Source of the DNA: an uncultured Verrucomicrobiae bacterium
Lineage (GTDB): Bacteria > Verrucomicrobiota > Verrucomicrobiia > Chthoniobacterales > UBA10450
Length of the DNA stretch: 64,000 nt
Reading direction: 5' to 3'
Assembly (NCBI GenBank): GCA_963772365.1
Contig: CAVYXA010000001.1
Location: forward strand, 1,376,001 to 1,440,000
In this document: positions 41,946 through 50,738 of the stretch, in pieces
Numbering within the stretch: position 1 is the first letter of the stretch
How the letters are laid out: every line of letters begins with the position of its first letter
Notes under the pieces: generated by a model
The model's database searches: none
What the model saw: the letters and a program-made list of their open reading frames with translations, nothing else
What the model was told of the DNA's origin: nothing
Made by a program: the position numbers and the translations under genes

Positions 41946-43538
41946 TGATGCATTCAGGTACTAGTGATGCATTCGGTGGTCGTGGTGGCCGCCTCGGCGA
42001 AAAGGACTATCAAGGCCGGATTCCGGACCAATCGACGCCGCCCGGCTGGAGGCCTAATCCTGTAGCATTCGATCCATTCAACCCATATAAGGGCGTTGAT
42101 CCGTCCACCGGTCGTCCCATTCTGAAGGATCCATCCACGAACGACCTTTACGGGCCATTCTGCAGCCTACACTTTCAGGACGTGTTCGATTCTACCGGCG
42201 GTCCGTTCATCGGTTATCCGCTTATTGGCGAGCCGTCCGATCCATGGGAGACGTTCGATCCTTTGGACAGTTTTGAGCTTACGTGGAAAACGGACGACAG
42301 AGGAGAAAGGCTATTGTGGGCGAAGAATGACGCAAATCCGGGGACCGCTTTCAACCCGACTGATCTGGAAACTGCCTCTGATTTCGATCCTGCGCCTAAT
42401 TACAATCCCGCTATTTCGGATACCGCCTCTGATACGGGTGGTTCATTCTATGTCGGAACATACCCCGATGAAGAAGGTGGTCCCCTGTATGATCATTTCG
42501 CCGATATTGACGGATTTGAATATAAATTTCTCACAGATGGGGCAACGAACCCGAATGACCTGAGTGAGTACGTGACTGTAGTAGCCCCGCGCGACCGTCC
42601 TTCCACACCGATCGACAAGTCCTCATCAGTTCCTCCGGAAGCAATAGCGCCGCCACCGGGAGATTCAGCTGACAGCTCCTCTGGCCGAAGTGCTCTAGAC
42701 CCGACTCCCCAATGGGTGAAGGAGACGGTGATTTTCAAGGACGAAGTGGATTTCGAGCGCGCACGGAATACTCCTCCGGCGGTTCCGGAGCACAGGTTTG
42801 GATTCTATCCCTTCAAAGACGCTGATCGAAGACTTACTGATCGATATGGCAACTTATGGACGAGCCGTTAAGGAAGGGCTCCGCCTCCACCCAGAAGCAG
42901 TCGAAGCAGCCGAGGAGCTGCTTCCGTGGAACGCTCCCGACCACTTTCTCTCTGCGGGTAGTTATGCCAAACGCTGGGTATGGTATTCTCAACGCGGGCA
43001 GAGCGGAAGGGGGTTATGGGAACTCTTCCAAGGCCACCTTGAGGCCAGTTCTGCCGTCGGAGGCGTGGAAATCGCGGCAGGCGTCCTAAGAAGCGGGATT
43101 GGCGCGGGCGAGCGAGGGCTGCAGACGCTTGGGCCGGAAACCGGAATTACACTCCCACCTGAAAACGCAAGTGCTGTTCCACAGGCTTCATCGGGGTCAG
43201 GAGGTTCCGGACCTTGGATTCGCTTTTCAAAAAGCGAAGAGATGGCGAATGCATTTGAGCGCACCGCGAGGCGAGCGGCAGACCCCTATCTGCCGCCCCT
43301 CGATTCGCAATGGGGATCACCATTCCGAAATACACCGCTTAAAGGAAAGTCTATCGGTGAGTTGCCGGATGCGCTTGGTCCATTCCGTGAGTACACCGTA
43401 TATCCGGACGCCACCCTCCTTCCCAAAGAGGAGCGCGGGTTATTACGACTTGTGACCGGCAACAATGGGGAGGCCTGGACGTCTTGGACCCACTATGGAA
43501 CGAAGGATCCGAGATTTCCATTTTTTCGCGCACGCTAG
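41946..43538 (+). CDS. Large acidic Pro/Asp-rich protein with a C-terminal RNase Sa/barnase-type domain (one frameshift near 42787)
   Basis: Removing one G in CCGGAG joins ORFs 41933..42871 and 42798..43538 (PPAVP-STGLDSIPSKTL). The C terminus FRN..LP..REYTV..RGLLRLVTG..GE....THY matches microbial guanyl-specific RNases. Confidence 0.7.
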
Positions 43539-43640
43539 TGCCGGCCAGGTGCGCCGGCGGCGTTTCTATTAGCAGGTGTTTGAGCGGGCTGGCCAGCCGC
43601 GACATGGATGGGCCGGCCGCACAGGGCAGCTCGTCTGGAG

Positions 43641-43940
43641 TTACGTTAGCCCCTGGTACGCTTTTAATGACTCACCATCGCTCGCGCGAATCCGCCCCCT
43701 TAACTGCTCGGTCATCCGCTCCGGCCAATCGACTTCCAGCGCGGCAAAGGCTTTGCAAATCGTAGTCGCGCTCTTCCACCGCTGCTTCTGATTCTCGATA
43801 AAAGCCTTCCGCGTCGAAGTCGTAATCGTTATGCTCCCGAAAAATCTTTTCCATTTCCGGCCGAAGCTTCGGGGCGCTAATTCCATGATCTTGATGTAAT
43901 CCACGTCCGTGGCGAATAATCTTCTCGATTAGTTGATCGA
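43641..43940 (-). pseudogene. 3' fragment of an unidentified gene
   Basis: Protein-like text spread over shifted frames (DYIKIMELAP / MEKIFREHNDYDFDA / KAFIENQKQRWKSATTICKAF). No clear start. Confidence 0.35.
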
Positions 43941-44193
43941 AGCGCTTATCGCACTGGGACGCGGTTGACGAGCGTTCTCATTGTCCCTGCATCGACAATG
44001 AGAGTCTCGCGTCGGCGTTTTCGAAAGCTAACCGGCTTCGAATTATCTAAACCCCTGAACACGCCCGCGGCTCTCAGTTTTAACCAAAACCAGAAACGGA
44101 CGAGGACGAAGCCGGCCATTCCGTGGGGCGCCAGGTGGTGGATGAAGTGCTGCACCCAGGCGAAGTTGGCGCTGCCCCGCTGGGGAGAAGGAT

Positions 44194-44260
44194 ATTGATG
44201 AGCCTGATTGTGCTCACCCTTCGGGCTCCCGTTGGTCGTCCATGTCGCTTCTCTCCATTG
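44194..44260 (-). mobile_element. 63-bp in-frame insertion flanked by a CAAT direct repeat
   Basis: ATTG at 44194-44197 and 44257-44260. Removal gives [14 protein letters not shown], the same length as the usual RWQYGVPPKGNANF. Confidence 0.7.
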
Positions 44261-44327
44261 CCAGCGCACGTCGTCGTCTTTGCGGAACCAGTCGGAGTCG
44301 TTGAAGGGCGGGTTGGCGAGGACGGGA

Positions 44328-44864
44328 CGAAGTCCGAACGTGGAGTTTCGAATGTCGAAGTAGTCAGTCATACAAAATCCGAGTGTCGAATTTCGAATGG
44401 CGAAGTGATTAGTCATTGTTCCCTCGGGCCGTTTTCCGCGATGCGACCGTAATTGCAACGAGTTGGTTGGCCTCATCGAGCAGGCGCATCAATTCCTCGG
44501 AAGTTCGAAGATCGATTTTCAAGTGCCGAAGTTGGGCGATATCGAGGAGCATTTCGAGCCAAAAGCCACTTTCATCGGCTTCCTCTTCGACAGTTCCAAG
44601 TTTCGAAATGAAGTCGGCCCTGGATTTTCCGCGACACGCTGAGCGATAATTGGCCGCTACCGAGCTTGATGAGCGGATGACCTGCCCAATAGCATGTCGT
44701 GTTTCGAGGATATGCGGCAACTCAGCGCAGATCACGATCACATCGAGCGCGAATTTCTTTGTGCGCATCTTCAGTGCCTCACTCATACGAAGTTGGATTG
44801 TCGAATTTCAAATGTCGACGTGCTGCGCATTCGGTTCGGCATTCGCACTTCGGCATTCGACATT
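44328..44864 (-). mobile_element. 537-bp four-helix-bundle cassette with heptamer-repeat flanks inserted in hsdM
   Basis: Removal restores TAT GA|T CCC (Y-D-P). Flanks are built from CGAATG-type and ATTCG-type heptamers. Confidence 0.65.
44409..44786 (-). CDS. Four helix bundle protein (23S rRNA IVP / TIGR02436 family)
   Basis: [62 protein letters not shown]. Confidence 0.93.
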   Translation of the reverse strand: MSEALKMRTKKFALDVIVICAELPHILETRHAIGQVIRSSSSVAANYRSACRGKSRADFISKLGTVEEEADESGFWLEMLLDIAQLRHLKIDLRTSEELMRLLDEANQLVAITVASRKTARGNND

Positions 44865-44972
44865 TCATAGATGCGGCCTTTGTAGGGCGCGAGCATCTCG
44901 ACGAGAAGGCGGACGACGCTCTGCGGGGTGTAGAACTGGCCGCCTTTCTTGCCCTCCGCGCTGGCGAATTGG

Positions 44973-45044
44973 CCTCGCCCCGTGGGAGAACCTGAAGTCG
45001 GGCGAATAAAGATCAACGCAACCATTCTCTCCCACGGGGCGAGG
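44973..45044. mobile_element. 66-bp in-frame MITE-like insertion bounded by a perfect 17-bp inverted repeat
   Basis: CCTCGCCCCGTGGGAGA / TCTCCCACGGGGCGAGG; adds 22 codons between YEYFL and GQFASAEG. Confidence 0.8.
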
Positions 45045-45084
45045 AAGTATTCGTAGACGCGGCCAAGGATGTCTTTGGATTTAT

Positions 45085-45112
45085 GGGACGCCTGCGGAGA
45101 GGCGTCCCTACC
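45085..45112. repeat. Single GTAG-type REP hairpin inside hsdM
   Basis: Minus strand GGTAGGGACGCCTCTCCGCAGGCGTCCC, read as GRDASPQAS. Confidence 0.7.
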
Positions 45113-45682
45113 TGCTAACTCGAGCGTGCCGATCAAGTCGATGAGTTCGCCGAGACGATTCTTGTCGAGTGCGGGGCGCGCGTAGTCTTTCGGCAGAATG
45201 CCTTTTAGGCGCTGATTGTCGCGCTCGATGGCGACCATCGCGTCGTCGACGATCTTGCCGATTGTCGGCTGCTTGGCGCTGTTCTGGAGATAGGACCAGC
45301 GCGCAGCGGGTGGAACCCAGAAGATATTTTCGGCGCGGTATTCGTCGGAATCTTCCGGGTCGGCGCCCTTTTCTTTCGTTAGCGCCAGCATGCTTTTCTT
45401 CGAAGGCGTCGGAGATGTATTTAAGAAAGATGAGCCCAAGGACGACATGCTTGTACTCCGCCGCGTCCATGTTGGAGCGCAGCTTGTCGGCAGCGAGCCA
45501 GAGCTTGGCTTCGAAGCCGATGTTAGCGGAGTTGTTTGACGAGGGTTTGGATTTCCCGCGAGCCATTTTTGCCAATCGAAAGCGTAACAAAAATCGATCC
45601 GGTGAGAAGAGCAAATCCTCGTGGAGAGCATGCCATCACGGCAAAACCTGCTGCGCGCAGATTGACCGGCCCGAATCATCCA

Positions 45683-46900
45683 CTACACCAGCGATTCCAG
45701 CTGCGCAGTGAACTTTTCGAGCAAATGTTTCTGCTCGAAGCGGTGAACGTACTGGCGACCGCTTTCGCCCCATTGAATCAGCCGTGGTCGATCGTGCGCG
45801 AGATTTTGTAGAACTTTCGCCAAATCCTCAGGGTTTCCCGGAAGAACATTTCTGCCAAAACCTCCTTCGTTTACGGCTTTCGCTAATGCGCTTTCTTCAT
45901 CCGCCACTGTCACGACCGGACTTGAATGCGCGAGCGTGACCAGAAGTTTGCTCGGGAAAAATGCATTTCCTGACCCGCTTTGTTGCGTGATCAGCGATAC
46001 GTCGGCATCCACGAGCAGTTCCCGATAATCTTGCCCGAAATGCAGCGGCAACATGGTCACATTCGTGAGATTTCGATCTTGCAAACTTTTTTCCAGGGAA
46101 CTCCGAGCCGCACCGTCGCCGCACAGGACAATTCGGATCCGTTGCTTATCGAGGCGTTCGGCAGCATCGAGCAAGATTTCAAGTCCTTGTTTTACTCCAA
46201 GATTACCGGCGTAGATGGCTAGGAATTCATCAGCTCCGAATCCATGTTTCTTTCGAAATTTTCCACGCACTGGGATCCGCTCTGGCGATGGAATAGCGAC
46301 GCCATTCGGGAACAGAATCAGCTTTTCTTCCGGCACGCCTTTGCGCCGGAACGCGTCGACAATTTCTTCGCTGATTCCGGAAACACGCGTCGCCTTTTTG
46401 TAAGCAAACGATTCGAGCCAGAACAAGGTGCGTGTGAACCAGCCGCTCTTGAGCATTCCCAAACCGACGGCAGCATCCGGCTGCAAATCCTGCACGTGAA
46501 ATACGAATGGAGCGCGTTTGATCCTGGTGACGAACCACGCCGCCATGCCGAGCAATAGCGGCGGTGAAACGACCACGAAAATATCGGGACGCTTGAGACC
46601 GAGTATGCGCATTGTCGATGTAACGACGAAGCTGGCTTCGTGAATGATCCGCTTCCATGGCGAAACCTGTTTCGGAACAAAATGCCAGCATCGATGAACC
46701 AGCACGCCTTTCATCACGTCAGTTCGGAACAGACGATGTCGATCTTCCGGGTGCTTTTGCCACGCAGGATAATAAGCGAACGTCGTGACCATTTCGACAT
46801 CGTCGCCTTTGCCGCGCAAAAATTCGCACAGAGCGACATTATGCGGCGCGATCCCCGTGATCTCGGGTGCGTAATTGATTCCCCAAACGATGACGCGCAT
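45683..46900 (-). CDS. WcaI-like glycosyltransferase (GT4)
   Basis: GINYAPEITGIAP, YYPAW, HVQDLQ, YAGNLGVKQGL, FPSKL. Confidence 0.9.
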   Translation of the reverse strand: MRVIVWGINYAPEITGIAPHNVALCEFLRGKGDDVEMVTTFAYYPAWQKHPEDRHRLFRTDVMKGVLVHRCWHFVPKQVSPWKRIIHEASFVVTSTMRILGLKRPDIFVVVSPPLLLGMAAWFVTRIKRAPFVFHVQDLQPDAAVGLGMLKSGWFTRTLFWLESFAYKKATRVSGISEEIVDAFRRKGVPEEKLILFPNGVAIPSPERIPVRGKFRKKHGFGADEFLAIYAGNLGVKQGLEILLDAAERLDKQRIRIVLCGDGAARSSLEKSLQDRNLTNVTMLPLHFGQDYRELLVDADVSLITQQSGSGNAFFPSKLLVTLAHSSPVVTVADEESALAKAVNEGGFGRNVLPGNPEDLAKVLQNLAHDRPRLIQWGESGRQYVHRFEQKHLLEKFTAQLESLV

Positions 46901-46915
46901 CAATTGCAATTACTC

Positions 46916-47007
46916 GTCATGTTGAGCGGAGCGAAACATCTCTCGCTATTGCTTTGGGCTGCTGTTGTGCAAATGATCAGAGATTCTTCGCTTCGCTCAG
47001 AATGACA
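46916..47007. repeat. Palindromic element, family A, inside the EPS operon
   Basis: GTCATGTTGAGCGGAGCGAAACATCTC ... GAGATTCTTCGCTTCGCTCAGAATGACA. Confidence 0.82.
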
Positions 47008-47037
47008 ACCTCCGAATCGAGTCATTGTGATTCGGCA

Positions 47038-47886
47038 TTACCTGCGCCGAAGGTTTCTGCGCAGCTCGTAAGTTTTCGCTACGGAAAGAAATTCGTAAAC
47101 CGCATGAAGTCGAGCGAAGTAATAGCCGTCGCGCCCATCGAGAAAACCTTTTTGCCAAATGTAGATGTAAAGGAAGCGCAGAAGCGGACGAAACGGCAAA
47201 CGTTGGGAAAATCGTTTCAGCCGTCGTTTAAGATCAACATGCTCATGGGCGATCGCGCTGCCTGATTCGCCCGCGATCGCCACGCGCGCTTCCCAGTTCG
47301 AGTAACGCTGATGTTTCTCAAGAAAAACGTCAATGGACGGAAACGCGTGATGTTCCATCTCGCATTTCAGCCGCGCGGTCGGACCATTCACAATCACGTG
47401 CTCGTGCACTTCGTTGTCGCCGCTATCGGTCGCCGCGTCTGTCAGTTTCTCATAGCGACCGAGCCGATGCCGAAACAAACGCAAGTTCCAGTTTGGATGA
47501 TAGGCGTGCCGCAATCTTCGGCCGAGAAAAATGAAATGGCGGTTGATCCAATAACCGGCGGTCGATCCGGCATTCGCAATTGAACTCCTAAATTCCGCCT
47601 CGGCTTCCGACGGCAAAACTTCGTCGGCATCGAGAATAAACACCCATTCATTCCGAAATGGCAGATTTTCCAAGGCCCAGTTTTTCTTTTTCGGCCATGT
47701 ACCATTGAAATCGAACTGGACGACTTTCGCGCCGTTCTTTTCCGCGATCTCGATCGAGCCATCGGTCGAGTGTGAATCGACAATGAAAATTTCGTCCGCC
47801 CATGGCACCGAGCCGAGACAACGGGGCAGATTCGCCGCTTCGTTTCTGATTGGAACGATCACCGAGACCGGAACGCGAGAAGTCAT
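47038..47886 (-). CDS. Glycosyltransferase family 2
   Basis: VSVIVPIRNE, VDSHSTD, ILDADE, EVHEH, GFLDG. Confidence 0.92.
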   Translation of the reverse strand: MTSRVPVSVIVPIRNEAANLPRCLGSVPWADEIFIVDSHSTDGSIEIAEKNGAKVVQFDFNGTWPKKKNWALENLPFRNEWVFILDADEVLPSEAEAEFRSSIANAGSTAGYWINRHFIFLGRRLRHAYHPNWNLRLFRHRLGRYEKLTDAATDSGDNEVHEHVIVNGPTARLKCEMEHHAFPSIDVFLEKHQRYSNWEARVAIAGESGSAIAHEHVDLKRRLKRFSQRLPFRPLLRFLYIYIWQKGFLDGRDGYYFARLHAVYEFLSVAKTYELRRNLRRR

Positions 47887-48446
47887 CGCGCGTGGAGAAC
47901 TTTGCAGGGATTGCCAGCGGCGATGACGCTCTCTGGCACGTCGTGTGTTACCACGGAGCATGCACCGACGATGCTGCGCGAACCGATTTTCACACCCGGC
48001 ATTACGAACGTTCTCGCGCCGACAAAGGCATCCTCACCGATGGTAATCTTGGCCACGACGAGGGGCATCCCGGGTTGATCGAAATCGTGACCGGCGGCAC
48101 AAAGATAGGCTTCCTGAGCGATCGTGGCACGGGCGCCGATTTCAATTTCACCCAGACTGTAGGCATTTGCCCGATCTCCCAGGCAGGCATGATCGTGCAG
48201 CGTCAGGTTCCATGGTATGGCGATGCGGGCGCGTTGATGAACAAACGGTTTGCCGTCGATTTTTGCCTCGAATACGCGCAGCCAAAACAGACGCCATTCG
48301 TTTAACGGCTTTGGCGTCCAGGCGCAAAAAATAAACCAGCAAAATTCCCAGAGCACGCGCAAAAAGCGGTTGCTGTTCGACCACGGAGATTCGTAGGCGG
48401 ACGTTTGAGCAGGCTTAACGACTTGTTCTTGCGACATCGGGATCAA
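47883..48446 (-). CDS. wcaF: WcaF-like hexapeptide acetyltransferase
   Basis: PWNLTL, AQEAYLCAAGHD, MPGVKIG, AGNPC. Confidence 0.85.
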   Translation of the reverse strand: MIPMSQEQVVKPAQTSAYESPWSNSNRFLRVLWEFCWFIFCAWTPKPLNEWRLFWLRVFEAKIDGKPFVHQRARIAIPWNLTLHDHACLGDRANAYSLGEIEIGARATIAQEAYLCAAGHDFDQPGMPLVVAKITIGEDAFVGARTFVMPGVKIGSRSIVGACSVVTHDVPESVIAAGNPCKVLHAR

Positions 48447-49557
48447 GAAGCGAATTGAAATCTTCCAAAAATTGGTCGGCGACGCGAGTAATTGAATAGT
48501 CCGTGGAGGCTTTACGATAGCCTGTTTCGGCTACACGCGCGAGCAGGGGTGGATCGACGATTGCATTCGCGATTTTCGTTCGCAGAGCTTCGACAGGATC
48601 TTCGGCGCGATGATTGAAGATGAAACCAGTCCCGCTATCACGAACAAAATCGTGAAAACAGTCGAGATCGGAAACGAACACAGCGCAACCGTGAGCCATG
48701 GCTTCCAGCGCAGCCAGCCCAAATGTTTCGCCCCGTTCCGCCAGGGACGGATACACAAAAATTCGTGCGGCTCGAAACTCTCTCTCCAGGGCTGCCGGAT
48801 CGAAAATTGGGCCGGTGAAAATTACAGCGGCATCACCGGCGCGACGTTTAAGATCGACAGCGTAGGCATCGCCGGCGCCGCCGAATTTTGTTCCTGATGG
48901 GCCGACAATCACAAGTGTCCATCCCTCGAAAGCAGCCGGCTTGCCCACGAACGCATCGACCAGAAGATGAACACCCTTTTCCGGGTGCACCCGACCGACG
49001 AAAAGAATCTTTTTCTCGCGCTGGTCGATCTTCGGAGGCGACGCGGGCGATTGTTGTTCCGGCGCCGGATTGGGAATGATGGAAATCTTTGAAGCAAGAT
49101 CGGGAATCTCACTTTCAATGGCGCGCGCCAGCGATTGAGTCATCGCTTGTAACCGGCCGACGTGCCGGTAAAGCCGCATTTGTCCTTTCGGGTGGCGACC
49201 GACATGCACATAGACTTTGCCGCGGTTTTCATTACGAAGAAGAATCGGCAACCAAAATGTATGAGTAACGATTATGTCAGCCGGCGGCAAAACACGCAGG
49301 ACTCTCAGGGAATAAATCAGATCGAGAAATTTGAGCCAGATCATAGATCGCGGCGTATCGAATCCGGGAACGCGCAAAAATCTGATGTCGTCGCGCACTT
49401 CTTCTCGCGGAAAATCAGGAACCGCCCGGGAAACGCTCGTCACCTGATGACCGCGCCTGGCAAATTCCTTGGCTAGCGCAAGGCTTACTTTTTCAATCGC
49501 GCCACCCATGATTGCTGGGACGGGCAGAAATGCGCCGTTCACAATCGTGATCTTCAT
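48415..49557 (-). CDS. Glycosyltransferase family 4
   Basis: FVGRVHPEKG, ETFGLAALEAMAHG. Confidence 0.92.
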   Translation of the reverse strand: MKITIVNGAFLPVPAIMGGAIEKVSLALAKEFARRGHQVTSVSRAVPDFPREEVRDDIRFLRVPGFDTPRSMIWLKFLDLIYSLRVLRVLPPADIIVTHTFWLPILLRNENRGKVYVHVGRHPKGQMRLYRHVGRLQAMTQSLARAIESEIPDLASKISIIPNPAPEQQSPASPPKIDQREKKILFVGRVHPEKGVHLLVDAFVGKPAAFEGWTLVIVGPSGTKFGGAGDAYAVDLKRRAGDAAVIFTGPIFDPAALEREFRAARIFVYPSLAERGETFGLAALEAMAHGCAVFVSDLDCFHDFVRDSGTGFIFNHRAEDPVEALRTKIANAIVDPPLLARVAETGYRKASTDYSITRVADQFLEDFNSLLDPDVARTSR

Positions 49558-50705
49558 ACTGACGCACGTATTTCATTCAAAACGCGCAAGAGTGAATCGA
49601 CCGCGCGATTGATTTCGAATCGCTGAAGAAAACATTCGCGCGCATTCTTGCGCATTATCTCGCGTTCCTCTGGCTGCGTTTGTATCCAACGCTGGAGGAG
49701 ACGCTTTACACCCTCCAAATCGTCGTTGTCGATGTAACCAGCGCGATCGTTTTCGATCTCGCGCCAAATGTTGATTTGATTCGAGATCAGCACCGGGGTT
49801 CCGCAGGCCAGCGCTTCGACGACTGCGATACCGAAATTTTCCTGATGTGATGGCAAAATGAATGCATCCGCGGCGCTCAGCGCGCCCCATTTCATGCTGC
49901 CATTTAGCATTCCGGTGAAGGTGACGGACGCTCGTCTCGCGGTAACGAGTTCCTTTAACCGGGCAAGATATGAGTCGCTGGATGCTGGGCCCGCCATAAC
50001 AAGATGCGGGAGAGGACCCTTCTCAGCAGCAAAGGCTTCAACCAAAATATCGCACCCTTTCTTTTCATGCAGCCGACCAAGAAAAACTAAGAGTTGTTTT
50101 TCACGGAGCTCGGGAAATCGATCCAGAAATTCTTCGCGTGCTTTCGGAAGATCGACATCGGGCGAGGCCGTGCCGTAATTCACCACGATTTCTTTGCAGC
50201 GATAAAATGGAAACGATTGTTGCGCGAGGCGCCGTTCTTCTTCCGAGGTGAAAAGAACAGCCGCAGCATCGCGCAAAACGCGGCGTTCCGCCGGTAGCCA
50301 GTAAAGCAATTTCTTCAAATGTTTGAGCGGATAAGCGCGTTTGAACCATGGATCCAGCATGCCGTGCGGAAACACGAAATAAGGTTTCCGGGTTTTCCGT
50401 AACGCGCGCCAGACTCCAAAGCTGCTGTATTGCCAGATGCCGTGGACGATGACGGCGTCGAAATCGCGATGTCGATCCTCCAGCCATTTGGTAAATCGCG
50501 CTGTGTAACCGTAGCCACCCCACGCTGGTCCAACGGCGTGAATTTCAAGCGGCAGATGTTTCAGCCACGGCGAATTGGGCGGATCGAGGCAAATGATTTC
50601 CACGTCCTGGCCGCGCTTGGATAACGCCAATGACGATTGAATCACCGATTCGATCGGTCCACCAATCGCCGGATTCAGAGAATGAATGGAGCGCAGGATC
50701 TTCAT
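49554..50705 (-). CDS. Glycosyltransferase family 4
   Basis: PHGMLDPW, FLGRLHEKKG, ENFGIAVVEALACG. Confidence 0.92.
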   Translation of the reverse strand: MKILRSIHSLNPAIGGPIESVIQSSLALSKRGQDVEIICLDPPNSPWLKHLPLEIHAVGPAWGGYGYTARFTKWLEDRHRDFDAVIVHGIWQYSSFGVWRALRKTRKPYFVFPHGMLDPWFKRAYPLKHLKKLLYWLPAERRVLRDAAAVLFTSEEERRLAQQSFPFYRCKEIVVNYGTASPDVDLPKAREEFLDRFPELREKQLLVFLGRLHEKKGCDILVEAFAAEKGPLPHLVMAGPASSDSYLARLKELVTARRASVTFTGMLNGSMKWGALSAADAFILPSHQENFGIAVVEALACGTPVLISNQINIWREIENDRAGYIDNDDLEGVKRLLQRWIQTQPEEREIMRKNARECFLQRFEINRAVDSLLRVLNEIRASV

Positions 50706-50738
50706 GCGCGTGGCAAGCGAGCTCGTTTACCCGACCTA

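Larger units (their letters stand above)
43946..45566 (-). pseudogene. hsdM: Type I methyltransferase subunit M, decayed, with internal deletions and four insertions
   Basis: [39 protein letters not shown] and ANFAWVQH are present. The motif I region after IY(DP) and the ANGSMSS..QIP segment are missing; the 3' end is degenerate. Confidence 0.9.

Noticed and set aside
43641..43904. Barstar-like immunity gene for the RNase domain
   Set aside because: It is on the opposite strand, frameshifted, and has no barstar-like motif; treated as an unrelated gene fragment.
44328..44870. Repeats around the four-helix gene as a CRISPR array or a DGR TR/VR pair
   Set aside because: The units are degenerate heptamer tracts without regular unique spacers, and there is no cas gene or reverse transcriptase in the window.
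37810..45682. Integrative element or prophage with att sites
   Set aside because: No integrase, transposase, tRNA or phage gene was found, and I could see no direct repeat at the two ends.
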